A stretch of DNA of 62,529 nt, filler included, from Trichosphaerium sp. ATCC 40318 (taxonomy: Eukaryota > Protista > Tubulinea): NCBI GenBank assembly GCA_038496445.1. It is 3 parts of 3 records of this genome, joined end to end, with 100 filler letters (N's around TTAATTAATTAA, not from the genome) between each part and the next. Parts side by side here need not be neighbours in the genome. Positions count along the whole stretch, not along the records: positions 22,826 to 53,236 come from JALMLS010000126.1; 2 more parts are not named here. One strand, written 5' to 3'. Position numbers and translations under genes: made by a program. Below are positions 29,793 to 40,409 of the stretch, one piece after another (positions within the stretch are counted from its first letter, which is position 1; every line of letters starts with the position of its first letter). A model generated the notes under the pieces. That model worked only from the letters and a program-made list of their open reading frames with translations. It was not told the origin of the DNA and did not search any database.

Positions 29793-32700
29793 ATGGAGAC
29801 AGGGAACAAGGATGATAACGATACGTTACTAGATGACTATAGCATGGGATATAATTATCAGGATAACATATTACCGCCACATTTGGACACTAGTTTGAAT
29901 GAATTAATTAACACAGCCAAGGATAAAAGCTTACGGGATAACAAGCAAGCGACGAAAGATGGAAAGCGATCCGACACCGACGATGATGACTCCGAAGATG
30001 GGGAGCTAGAAAGACCAGTACGCAATATAAAACAACAGTCATACAGCCCGGAAAGAAGCGAACGGGATACGGAGTCTAGAAAAAGAAGAAAAATATCACG
30101 TGAAGACTCCGATAGCGAATCGAGCAACGAAGAAAACGACATTCGACAGATGGAGAAGTTAGAATTACAACAGAGATCGATTCAATGACAAATGGAGCAA
30201 CTGCGACAAACGGTGGCACGAAAACGAAGTCGGAACAGATCACCAGTAGCTACGTCAACTCCAGCTAAAAGACGGAGAACAGAAGCATTATCTATGGTAT
30301 CGGAACGACCGAAGCAAGAACCAGAGAAGAACAGCTCACCCCACAACAACAGAGAGATGGATGAAGCAGAATATGAATCACGGAGTACTATGGGAGAGTA
30401 TATTAAAGAAGAGAAGAAAAATATTATTGCAGTAGAGGATTCAGACGAAGAAAGGGATGATACTTCAAGAGATAGCATCAGCAAAGGATTGCCGAGCAGA
30501 CGATATATGGAGACCATTAGTGATGACTATTGTACGGAAGAAGAAAGACAAGCTATTTGTAACTTCTTGCCGCACGGAGTCAAAGGGAGTGATGGCAATT
30601 GCATCGGAAACGACTGGCACGATTGTGAAGGTAAATTATCCAGCATAGGCAACATCGCTAGTTCTTTCACAACATTCGGAGACGGCAAGATGTCATCGGT
30701 AGGATTGGATAAATACCTCACGGGCGTACAACACATGGCGAACGGATTCAATCTGGGCAAACGAGGATATATATTCGCATTAAGAATTTTGGCAAAAGGA
30801 AAGGTCAATGATTTATTGAGTAAAGATAAATATACATTCGACCCGGTGGCAGCGGTATTGGCATTGATACGTGCGTACAGCCCAACAATACAACGTAAGC
30901 AGGCGCGTATAATGCTGGAAGATCTGAAGCAAACAAAGGATCAGAGCATAGAAGAATACAGAGCGTTAGTAGATAAGTACGCGAAACTAGGACAAGTATC
31001 GAAGGCGAGACAGTACGGAGAGTTCTACAGAGGGTTATTATCAACGCTGAAGCTCAAATTGGAAGTGAAATTCGGCGACAATCCAGAGAAGTATATATTC
31101 GAGAAGGTATTAAAATACATCACGGGAGTAGAAGAAGCGAAGAAGGTTAAGACGTTCGCACGCAATAGAGACAACAGAAGAACGTCTCATACACAGGAGG
31201 TTAACATAATTAAGACCACGAAGGTTGGAAGCAAGCGTAAATGGCAAAACGATAAAAAGAGAGAAGAAGATAAAGAACGGAAGCTATGGAAAAAGCGAGA
31301 ATTAAATAGGAATAAGGAAAGAGATACCAGATACACTGAGACAAGAGATAAAGGAAGATTCGATCGAGATGTACCATACCAACAGGGAAGATACGCACAG
31401 AGAGGTCAACAAAAAGGATACAGAGGAAGATACAGAGGAGGATATCGAGGAGGATACCGAGGAGGATATCAAAGAGGATATCAAGGAGGATATCGAGGAG
31501 GATACAGAGGAGGATATGACAGAAGAGATACGCAAGAGCGTAGAAATTGGCAAGATAACAGAGAGAGAGAGGAGAGATGATGGAACAGAGGGGGAGAGGA
31601 TAGAACAAGAACGAGAGGTAGAGGTAACACAGACGTGGTGTGTAGTAGATGCAAAGGATACTTTCACACGGCTAAAGAGTGCCCAGTTAAACGCGAAGAT
31701 GTGTTTGTTTCGGACGAGTGTAAACGTCCTAATAAAAGCATATGGAGCGGTTCAAATTATAAAGTAGCACGTTTGTTTACCGGCCACACATGTGAGAACA
31801 ATAGATTCGAACAGCAAGAGAAGAATAAGATAACAGAAGAACAACAAGATAAGATAAAAAAGGTTGTTAACGAGGAAAGACCAACCTTCAAACACAAAAG
31901 GAGTTTCACTACCAAAGAGAGGGTAGAGGAGAGAAATAACAATCTAAAACACATTAAGGTTAGAAACGACGACACAGTAAACATAGTGAACAAAGAATAT
32001 AAAGGAAAATTTAATTTCGCAGTAACTACAACTAGAACGTTGGTGGGAAAGATCAAGATGATCAAGACAGTGTTAGATTCGGGTGCCTCTTGTAGTATTA
32101 TTGACCTTGCATTAGTAAAGAGGTTAAAAAGAAACGGAAGAATATTTAAGGAACACGACCAACCAGTGTACACAGCTAACAATTCAACACTGAACGTTGT
32201 AGGAACAACTACAGTACCAATTACATTCGAAACACTTAAGAAGAACGTAAACTGCTTTGTAGTCAAGAACTTCCGATATCTGTTATTATTAGGAACGAAT
32301 ATGATGAAGGCGTTCGGCTTGTCGATATCATTCAACAAAGAGACAGTCAAGAACGAGATTGGTGAAGAAATAAGGATTACATACACGAAAGAAAAAGCAG
32401 AAAAGGCGGAGGCTGCGAACGTGATGACAAGCAACAGGATTAAGATACCAAAGTATTCACAAGTAATGTTTTGGGTTAATCTGACAACACCTGTGTCATT
32501 CAAAGAGGGAATAGTAGAAGCACATAAGGAAGACGAGTTTGACGGACACAATTATTTATTAAAAAGATTTGGAGTACAATTAGCGAGAACATGCGGAAGA
32601 GTAGTGAAGTCAAAGGTACCGGTACAAGTGATGAATATGACAAACAAAGCAAAATTCATACCAGCGAAATGCAATCTAGCGAGATTCACACCGGTAACGG

Positions 32701-35700
32701 AAGAAGACGAAGTATCAGTACTAGATATAGATTATACAAATGAGATAAAGAAGATGAAAGAGGAAGAGAAACAAGTACAGGAAGAAGATATTAAGAAAGC
32801 GAAAGATTTATTTAAAATGGAAGGATCTAAGCTAACAGAGGAGCAGAGAGAAAAAGCATACAGGTTCATGGCAGGACATCTGGATAGATTCACATCCAAG
32901 TTGAAGAAGCCAGCGAACGCGAAAGGAATGGAACACCATATTGAAACGGAAGAAGGAAAGAAGCCAGTACACATACCATATAGACCACTTAACCCACATA
33001 AGAGAGCTATAGTAAGAGAAGAAATGGAGAAAATGTTAGAGCAAGGAGTGATACAACCGTCAAAGTCACAATGGTCAGCGCCAGTAGTTTTGGTTAAGAA
33101 AAAGGATGGATCATGGCGCTTCTGTATAGATTATAGAGCGCTAAATAAGATTACAAAGAAAGATGTGCATCCATTACCAAGGATAACAGAATTACTGGAG
33201 GCGCTGGCTAGAGCGAAATACTTCAGTTTGTTCGATGCAATTTTAGGGTACTGGCAAATCATGATGTCAGAAGAAAGCAGACCTAAGACAGCGTTTGCGA
33301 CACCCTGGGGTTTGTACGAATGGTTAGGAATGCCTTTCGGTTTGAAAAATGCACAGGCTACGTTCCAAAGGCAAATGAATTTGATGTTATCCAGACTTCT
33401 CTGGCAGATGTGCCTTTGAGGTAATAATGCTGAAAATAGGAGCAAACATCCCTATGGTACGTCTACGCTTTGAAAAAATCAAAATCTAAAAAACAAAGTG
33501 TAGATGTACCATATCATAGGGATGTCTGCTCCTATTTTCTAATTTTTTTGGCTTTTTTCAATCTATCACCACTTTGTTACGTTGATGATATCATAGTATT
33601 CAGTCAGAGTTTTGAAGAGCACCTAGTGCATCTTAAACTCATGTTTGACCGCCTGGAAGAGCACAATGTAATGCTTAAAGCTTCGAAGACTGTGCTTTTT
33701 AAAGATGAGGTAGAGTTCTTGGGACACGTCGTGTCGGCGAATGGTATTGCAACAAATCCTAGAATTATCAAGTCGATAGACGAGGCACCACCACCTACCT
33801 GCATCGCCGAATTGGAACGTTTCCTTGGGATCACGGGATATTACAGAAGATTCGTACCTAACTACGCACAGTGGGCACACCCGCTTAATCAATTGAAACA
33901 CAAGGGTACAATATGGAATTGGACGACGACAGAACAAAAAGCATATGAGAAGTTGAAGCAGTCGTTGACAACAACACCAATATTACGGCATCCAGACTTC
34001 ACACTACCGTTTGAAATACACGTAGATGCATCAAAGGTAGCAGCAGGAGCGACGCTAGTACAAAAGGTGAATGGGAGAGAACATGTAGTAGCATACTACA
34101 GTAAAACATTCAACGCTGCTCAACAGAATTACTCAACAATTGAAAGGGAAACATTGGGAATAATATTAGCGATTAAGGAGTTCGCTGGATACATATCATT
34201 TTCACAATTTAAACTAATAGTTTATACAGATCATAAACCACTGGAGTACATCCAGAATTTGCAAAACCCAAGAGCGCTGGTAGCGTATTGGTTATTAGAA
34301 TTGCAAAATTATGACTTTAAATTAATATATAAACCCGGGAAAAAGCATTTGGACGCGGACGCACTCACGCGTCCACCTCTGGCCAGAGTAAATACCTTAG
34401 ATAATAAGGAAATAATGCAAACAAACAAAGGAGAACAATTATTATTAATAACAAAAGGATTATATGACGGGACGATAGAAAATGAAGAAGCGGTCACAAA
34501 GAAGAATGAATTCACGGAATGGCAACCGTACATAGTAAACATATTAGAGAAGCTAGCACCTATCAACTGGAGCACTGCTCAGAGGGAAGACGGAGAAGCG
34601 TCGGCATACATTGAGTTCCTCACCAAGGGAAGAATTCCACAATGGGTTCAAAAACAATACGGATTTAAGAAGTCGATATTTATTACAAAGGCGAGGGTAC
34701 TAAGATACGATGAAAATACAAATATCCTGTACCACGTGAAGAATAGTATGGCACGGATTAACCTAAAAGATAAACAATTTCAAATCTACGTACCAGCGTC
34801 ATTGCAGAACTTAGTGATGAGAACTTGTCATGATATGCCTTTCGCAGGCCATTTCGGATTCATCAAAACTTATGATCGCGCTTCAAGGAGATTCTACTGG
34901 CCTCAAATGTACTCTGATGTTAAGGAATGGTGCGATTCCTGTAGAAAATGTCAGAAGGCCAAGACTCCTCGTCAACCAAAAGGAGGATTCGCAGTTTCGT
35001 TTCCGATTCTAGAACCAATGGAGTTAATAGCAATGGATATAGTAGGGCTGTTACCTACAACAGCGAGAGGACATAAATATTTATTAGTGATAACAGATCA
35101 CTTTACAAAGTGGACTGATGCGTATCCGTTAGCGAGTCATCACGCTACGGACGTAGCACTAGTATTCATAAAAGAATTCTGTTTTAGATATGGAATGCCA
35201 AAACAGGTATTGACGGATCAGGGAAGAGATTTCACAGGAAAATTCATGAACAGAGTATACGAAGCGTTATACATCAAACCAGCAAGGACGACAGCATTTC
35301 ACCCGCAAACAGACGGACAGACGGAGAGATTCAATCACACAATCGTAGAAATATTAAAGTCATTTGTGAACGAAAGTCAAAATGACTGGGACTATTGGAT
35401 ACCATACGCACTCTACGCATACCGGACGGCGATACATCACGCAACGAAATACTCACCATTCGCGCTAATGTTCGGAAGGGAACCGAGATTACCATTAGAT
35501 ATGGCGACAGAAGAGAAAGTACAGATACCAGATAAATATAATATAATATAATATAATATGGCACATTGGGCGGAAGTATTAGCACATAGACTAAGACATG
35601 CATATCAAATCACGAAGAAGGCAATATTAAAGGCTAAAAAGGACCAAGCGAGATACTACAACAAAAGAAGGAGATGGGTAGACTTCAGAGAAGATCAACT

Positions 35701-36385
35701 AGTATGGCTAAGTGTACCATACAAGAAGGAAAAACACGGGAAATTTACATGCAAATGGAGAGGACCATATGAGATATTAAGAGTGATGGGACAGAACACA
35801 GTAATGTTAAAGCTACCAGAAGACAGTCAAATGAGTAGAGTGATAAACGTAGAAAGAATTAAACCATTTATTGATTCATTCTTAAGACCAGAAGAATATA
35901 TAGAAGAAAAGTATGAGAAATTCGAAGACGAAGATGGAAACATTAGATTAGTAGGAGACGAAGATTACGTAGAGAAAGCAGAGATGACGAAGAAAGATGT
36001 AGAAAGAATGATGAAGAAAGATATCGGAGAAGTTGAAAGTTTGACGAATGAAATAAAGAAAACAGAGGGAGTAACACCGACTAGAAGAAGAATAACAAGA
36101 TCAAGAACAGCACACAGAACGGAAATGCTAAGAAGAATATTAAAAGACATAGCGGCAGCGGCACCGAGATTAGAGATGAAAGAGATAAAGAAAAGTATAA
36201 AGGATATAATGGGAGCAGGATCACCATATGTTAGAGACGGAACAACACAAGATAAATTAATGGCGCAAATGAAGAATTGCAGCACGAAGGGCGATCTACG
36301 AGATTGGTTAGATTACGTAATAGAGAACTTTGATAATATATTCGCATTGGACATAGCATTATCATTGAGTGGAGATCACACTTAG
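29793..36385 (+). pseudogene. gag-pol polyprotein, disrupted
   Basis: CCHC knuckle CSRCKGYFHTAKEC, protease LDSGAS, RT (WRFCIDYRALN, MPFGLKNA, YVDD), RNase H (VDAS, ERE, TDH), integrase HHCC/DDE and GPY. In-frame TGA at 30186 and 31578, an insertion at 33419, and TAA at 35549. Confidence 0.92.
33419..33571. mobile_element. 153-bp hairpin (MITE-like) insertion in RT
   Basis: Flanked by duplicated CTTTG (33414-33418, 33572-33576). Inverted arms at 33432-33472 and 33494-33539. Removing it restores WQMCLCYVDDIIVFS. Confidence 0.85.
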
Positions 36386-36548
36386 GAGCAGAATCGACCT
36401 CCAAGACAACTTGGTAAATTTGGTTATGAAGGTTTCCATGCTGCCTAAGTAGATCCACGAAGAAAACGAACAGAGAAGGAGTAGAAGAAAGATTTATTGA
36501 ACAAGAGGCTATGACGTGGAAGTCATAGCTAAAGGAAAGGGGAGTTCT

Positions 36549-36691
36549 TGTAAGGCGGAAAGTCGACATGAATCACATTGATTAACCCGGAAGGTGCCGG
36601 AGCACCTACTTAATGTAATAAGTCCTTAAAGGACACAATAAACCAGACCCAAGCTTAGTACAACTACTCACGAGTACCTTACCCTCTTACA
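36549..36691 (+). repeat. 3' LTR
   Basis: Identical to the 5' LTR and followed by the GTTA TSD. Confidence 0.95.
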
Positions 36692-37131
36692 GTTAAACCA
36701 AAGACAAACTTAGAGCTTAGCTCTGTAAACGCTGTTTATAAAACTCAATTGCGATGCATTAACTTAAAACATTGAGTAAACTAGTTCAAATTCACTATGT
36801 AGTTCATGATTGTAACTTCTTGGTGATGTGTAAAAGTAGAATGGTTTCAAGAAGTTTGAAAATTAAAAATGCATGGAGAGCTCTAGGAACTTTCGCATTC
36901 AAATAATGCTCAAAGTGAATCTCTATTTCGCTTTAGAATGCTGAAAGCAAGCCTACATGTGCCTTGTTATGCTGCAGAATAAAGTCAAAGCGTGTTTATT
37001 TAGATTTACAGGAGTTACAAAAGGTACATATATATTTTATTTATTGTGGGATGCGTTTCTCTGAAATCCTATTTGTTGAATAGTATTTACATGAAACACA
37101 TTCATAACATTCCTCCCTGTTTAGCTTGAAG

Positions 37132-37722
37132 CTAATCCAATGCACAGAAATAATCGTCATCGTATGGTGTAACATCTTCTTCATCAGAGGACTCGATTAA
37201 TTCGTACTTAGGAGAGAGCTGTTCAGTTTCATACGCCTTTGCAAAATCGACGCTGATGGTTCCATCATCGTGTTCCATCTCCAATGGTTCTGGGAGCGCT
37301 GGATTTTCGTTTTCTGGTTCTTTAGGTTCATCAGGTTCGTCGTAGCAAGACATGGTAAGGCAAGGTACTTGAGACACCTTATCATTGTTGATAGATGTGT
37401 CCAATAGGCGACCATCTTCATCAAACTGGTAATGAGAGTGGTCCGGGTACGTTTGATCCACTTGTATTTCATCATCGCCATAATATACAGTCAGGGGGTC
37501 TGCTAGCTGTTCACTGACGTCCATTGGGTCATTTTGGAGCTGATCTGGTTGGTTTTGAGGTAGTTGTTCCCTCATTCTACTTATCAGGTACTGGCGGCGT
37601 AGAAGGCTAGTTTGACGGGATTGTAGGGACTGTACTATCTCCAATAGGCGTGGTGCTGTCGAAATGAAAGCTGAAATCGCTTCTGCTTCTCTACGGCCCA
37701 ATTCAGGTCTGAAAATTATCAT
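37132..37722 (-). CDS. acidic low-complexity hypothetical protein
   Basis: 196-codon ORF with a D/E/P-rich C-terminus. The start lies inside an inverted repeat, so it is uncertain. Confidence 0.45.
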   Translation of the reverse strand: MIIFRPELGRREAEAISAFISTAPRLLEIVQSLQSRQTSLLRRQYLISRMREQLPQNQPDQLQNDPMDVSEQLADPLTVYYGDDEIQVDQTYPDHSHYQFDEDGRLLDTSINNDKVSQVPCLTMSCYDEPDEPKEPENENPALPEPLEMEHDDGTISVDFAKAYETEQLSPKYELIESSDEEDVTPYDDDYFCALD

Positions 37723-37838
37723 GGTATAATACCATATTTTGCAGTATAATTGTGGTTTATGGTACTACCTTGGTATAATCACAAATTATACCATAAAATT
37801 ATACTGTAAAATATGGTATAGTACCGTGATTTTTAGAC
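37707..37838. repeat. ~130-bp inverted repeat/foldback
   Basis: ATACCATATTTTGCAGTATAATT pairs with AATTATACTGTAAAATATGGTAT. Outer arms are GTCTGAAAATTATCATGGTA / TACCGTGATTTTTAGAC. Confidence 0.75.
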
Positions 37839-37994
37839 ATATGGTATAAGACTCAATATACCATGTTTTATACTGTATCTATATTCATGGATTTTTATGA
37901 TGTCAAATATTTTACAATGACTGTGTCGTGTTTGGTCTTTACTGTAGTATGTAAATAAAAAAAAACCAATTATATGAAGTAGCGTGAATTGCAT

Positions 37995-39159
37995 TTATTG
38001 AAACACAAAAAAATTACAACGTATGTGGTGTTCATAGCTTAATGCCACTAGTATGAACCTATCCATCGCTTCATTCCATTCAGTAAAGTTAGAGACAGCA
38101 AATAAAGGTTCAAAAGTTGTCAGTGCTGCCATAGTATGGATGCGCGGCTGACAGTAAAGGACATTTGGATAGTACCAATCGGGTATTAACATATCTATTT
38201 TGTATTTGAGCCATTCGTAAACAAAAGGCCACAACTGATGAGTGGCTTGGTGAAGCTCACAAACAGCACAAAGCTGCTGACAACCAAATTCATCCATATT
38301 GAGATCTAAACAATGAAATTAAAGACAAATGGTTAATGTAGTTATCTTGGTACCTTCTTTAGTGTTATCCACATAGTCAAAAAGCTGCTCATCGGATATT
38401 TCAAATAAAATATCTTTTGTTTTCTTGTCGTAAAACTCAAGGTGATCTTCATCTTGAAAGTCAATGGCCATCACTGGAAAGAGTTTGTAACCAACAATAG
38501 CTGCTACAGAAACTAACAACAATTTTTTGTTGGCCAAAGCATAGGTTGTTTTAGAAGTATAAAGTGTATCTTGAAAATAAAAAGAATTTTCAATCTTGTA
38601 AGTGGCAGCATTGGTAGTAAATCTGACAGTGACAACTTCTTCTTTATCTTCAGTGACTATTTTTCTTGTTCCTTTCAAGAACTGACCTTCTACACTGAAG
38701 TGAAAGACATCTTTATATTAAGCAAGTAATTGTTAAACTATAAAACCATAAACAAAAATTTCGTACTTGTATAACTTTACGCCAACTCTTATGTTCAATA
38801 ATACTGTGATGCATCGTCCATAGTCAAAGGTAGCTCGTATTTCTTTGGTTTTTTCCTCATTATTTTTTATCCAAACTCCATGTTTGACCCAACGGCCATG
38901 GTGTTTAATAAACAATGGAGCCAAAAAATACGAACACACCAATGAAAAACAATGATCAAATTCAATGTCACAAAAACCACGAATCTTCTCAAAGATCTCA
39001 CCAGGAATCATCAACAATTTTGGTTGATAAGGCTCAGCTACAATTGTAGTCAATAGTTTCTTTTGGGCATCATCCCTATACAAGTGTTAGTAACACAAAA
39101 GGTGACAGTTTGTATTTATATTTATAAATAACGTACATTGAACTACCATGTTTTGACAT
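37995..39159 (-). CDS. F-box-like protein with a MORN-variant-like segment, multi-exon
   Basis: LLMIPGEIFEKIRGFCDIEFDHCFSLVCSYF (F-box pattern), followed by VKHGVWIKNNEEKTKEIRATFDYG. Confidence 0.5.
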
Positions 39160-39239
39160 AGCCGCCTTTTCTATCACCTTGCCAATAGTATACCACAAAC
39201 CTATTGATTCATTAAACTATTAACTGATAAACATACACG

Positions 39240-39860
39240 CACTGAGAGGTGGAGGATATAATGGTGTCCGTGACAAAAGATCAAAAAGACACCAAGATTC
39301 AGTGAGATTGACTTTAAGAATTACTATTTTCACAATTTTACTTCTCGTCATCTACATTTATAAGCTGATAGGTTGGTTTGCAAACAAAAAAGAGCGTACT
39401 GTTTCAGGTAAAGTAAGTTCAGCATCCATGATAACAGCATCAACAACACGTGAGTGTTTGTCATTGCTGAATTGATAAAAGTCAGAATATATTGTTCTTG
39501 AACCATGAATTTCTCTTCCGGCAACAGTACACACAGCATCACGAGATTTGTGAAACTGCAGTAGTGTATCCACAGGTTCATCAATAGGTAGAGCATCTTC
39601 ATAAGTACTAGAAGATGTTAGCAGAGAAAACGAACCCAAAATTGCTAAAGTACTTGTGCTGAAATTGTCCCGTAGATATGACATGAATGTAAATGGAGCC
39701 AGGATTGATGCTTGTCACAGTCTGCAAGTGCTTACCAAAGTAATTACACAAAACAGTACTGTGTTGTGTCAAATCAGAGCGTGTGAAAGGTTCAACTGCT
39801 GAGAGCACTATTGCTTTCATTTTTCTATCCATCTTTGGGTGTCGTGCAAGCCAATAATCT
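39240..39860 (-). pseudogene. frameshifted hypothetical coding sequence
   Basis: Overlapping ORFs 39608-39832 and 39358-39684 read as one protein with a frame break and are bounded by splice-like sites. Confidence 0.35.
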
Positions 39861-39918
39861 AAAATACAGAGTTAAATGTTCTGAATGGCTTAAAACACCA
39901 TAAACTTGAGCACGTACT

Positions 39919-40085
39919 TGTTATTTGGGCGTTTACAAGTAAAATACCTAAAATAAAAAGTTAAATGGCCTAAACGGCGTAAAGTGCTATAAAACTGTGC
40001 ATACACCTAAGATTATTGTTATTTGGGCATTTATAAGTAAACGCCTTAAAATAACAATTTAAATGACCTAAAAGGGCGTAAACCA
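39919..40085. repeat. two ~70-bp degenerate direct repeats (period about 98 bp)
   Basis: TTGTTATTTGGGCrTTTAyAAGTAAA...AAATGrCCTAAA.GGCGTAAA occurs at about 39919 and about 40017. Confidence 0.7.
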
Positions 40086-40409
40086 AGAACACATACCTAA
40101 AGCAGGCGTCTATGATGGTGAATAGTGAAAACAAAAAACCCACAGTCAAAAGAGTTAAAAACGGCAAGTTTTTATAATTATATTTATTTGACAGGACAGT
40201 TTTCTATTAACCACATGTACCTTCTACCATGAAAATTAAATCTGTGAGTGCAAGTGAGTATACAGCACCACCAGCGCAAGGTTTCAACCTAAAACAAGCA
40301 ACTTTAGTCAAATGTCAGTAAAGAGTAACTACGAGTAAAAAAAATAAAGTAAGTCACCAAAGAAAACAAAGCAGAATTTCTACAAGTAAAAGGCGGCAAT
40401 CACTTGATG

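Larger units (their letters stand above)
29599..36691 (+). mobile_element. Ty3/Gypsy LTR retrotransposon, full length but inactivated
   Basis: Identical 143-bp TG...CA LTRs (29599-29741, 36549-36691), TSD GTTA, PBS TGGCGACACGCAGCAG, and a polypurine tract before the 3' LTR. Domain order gag-PR-RT-RH-IN. Confidence 0.97.

Noticed and set aside
33419-33571. RT insertion as a spliceosomal intron or introner
   Set aside because: The GTAATA donor lies after an in-frame TGA, and no AG acceptor preserves YVDD. The minus-strand GT..AG reading is off by one base.
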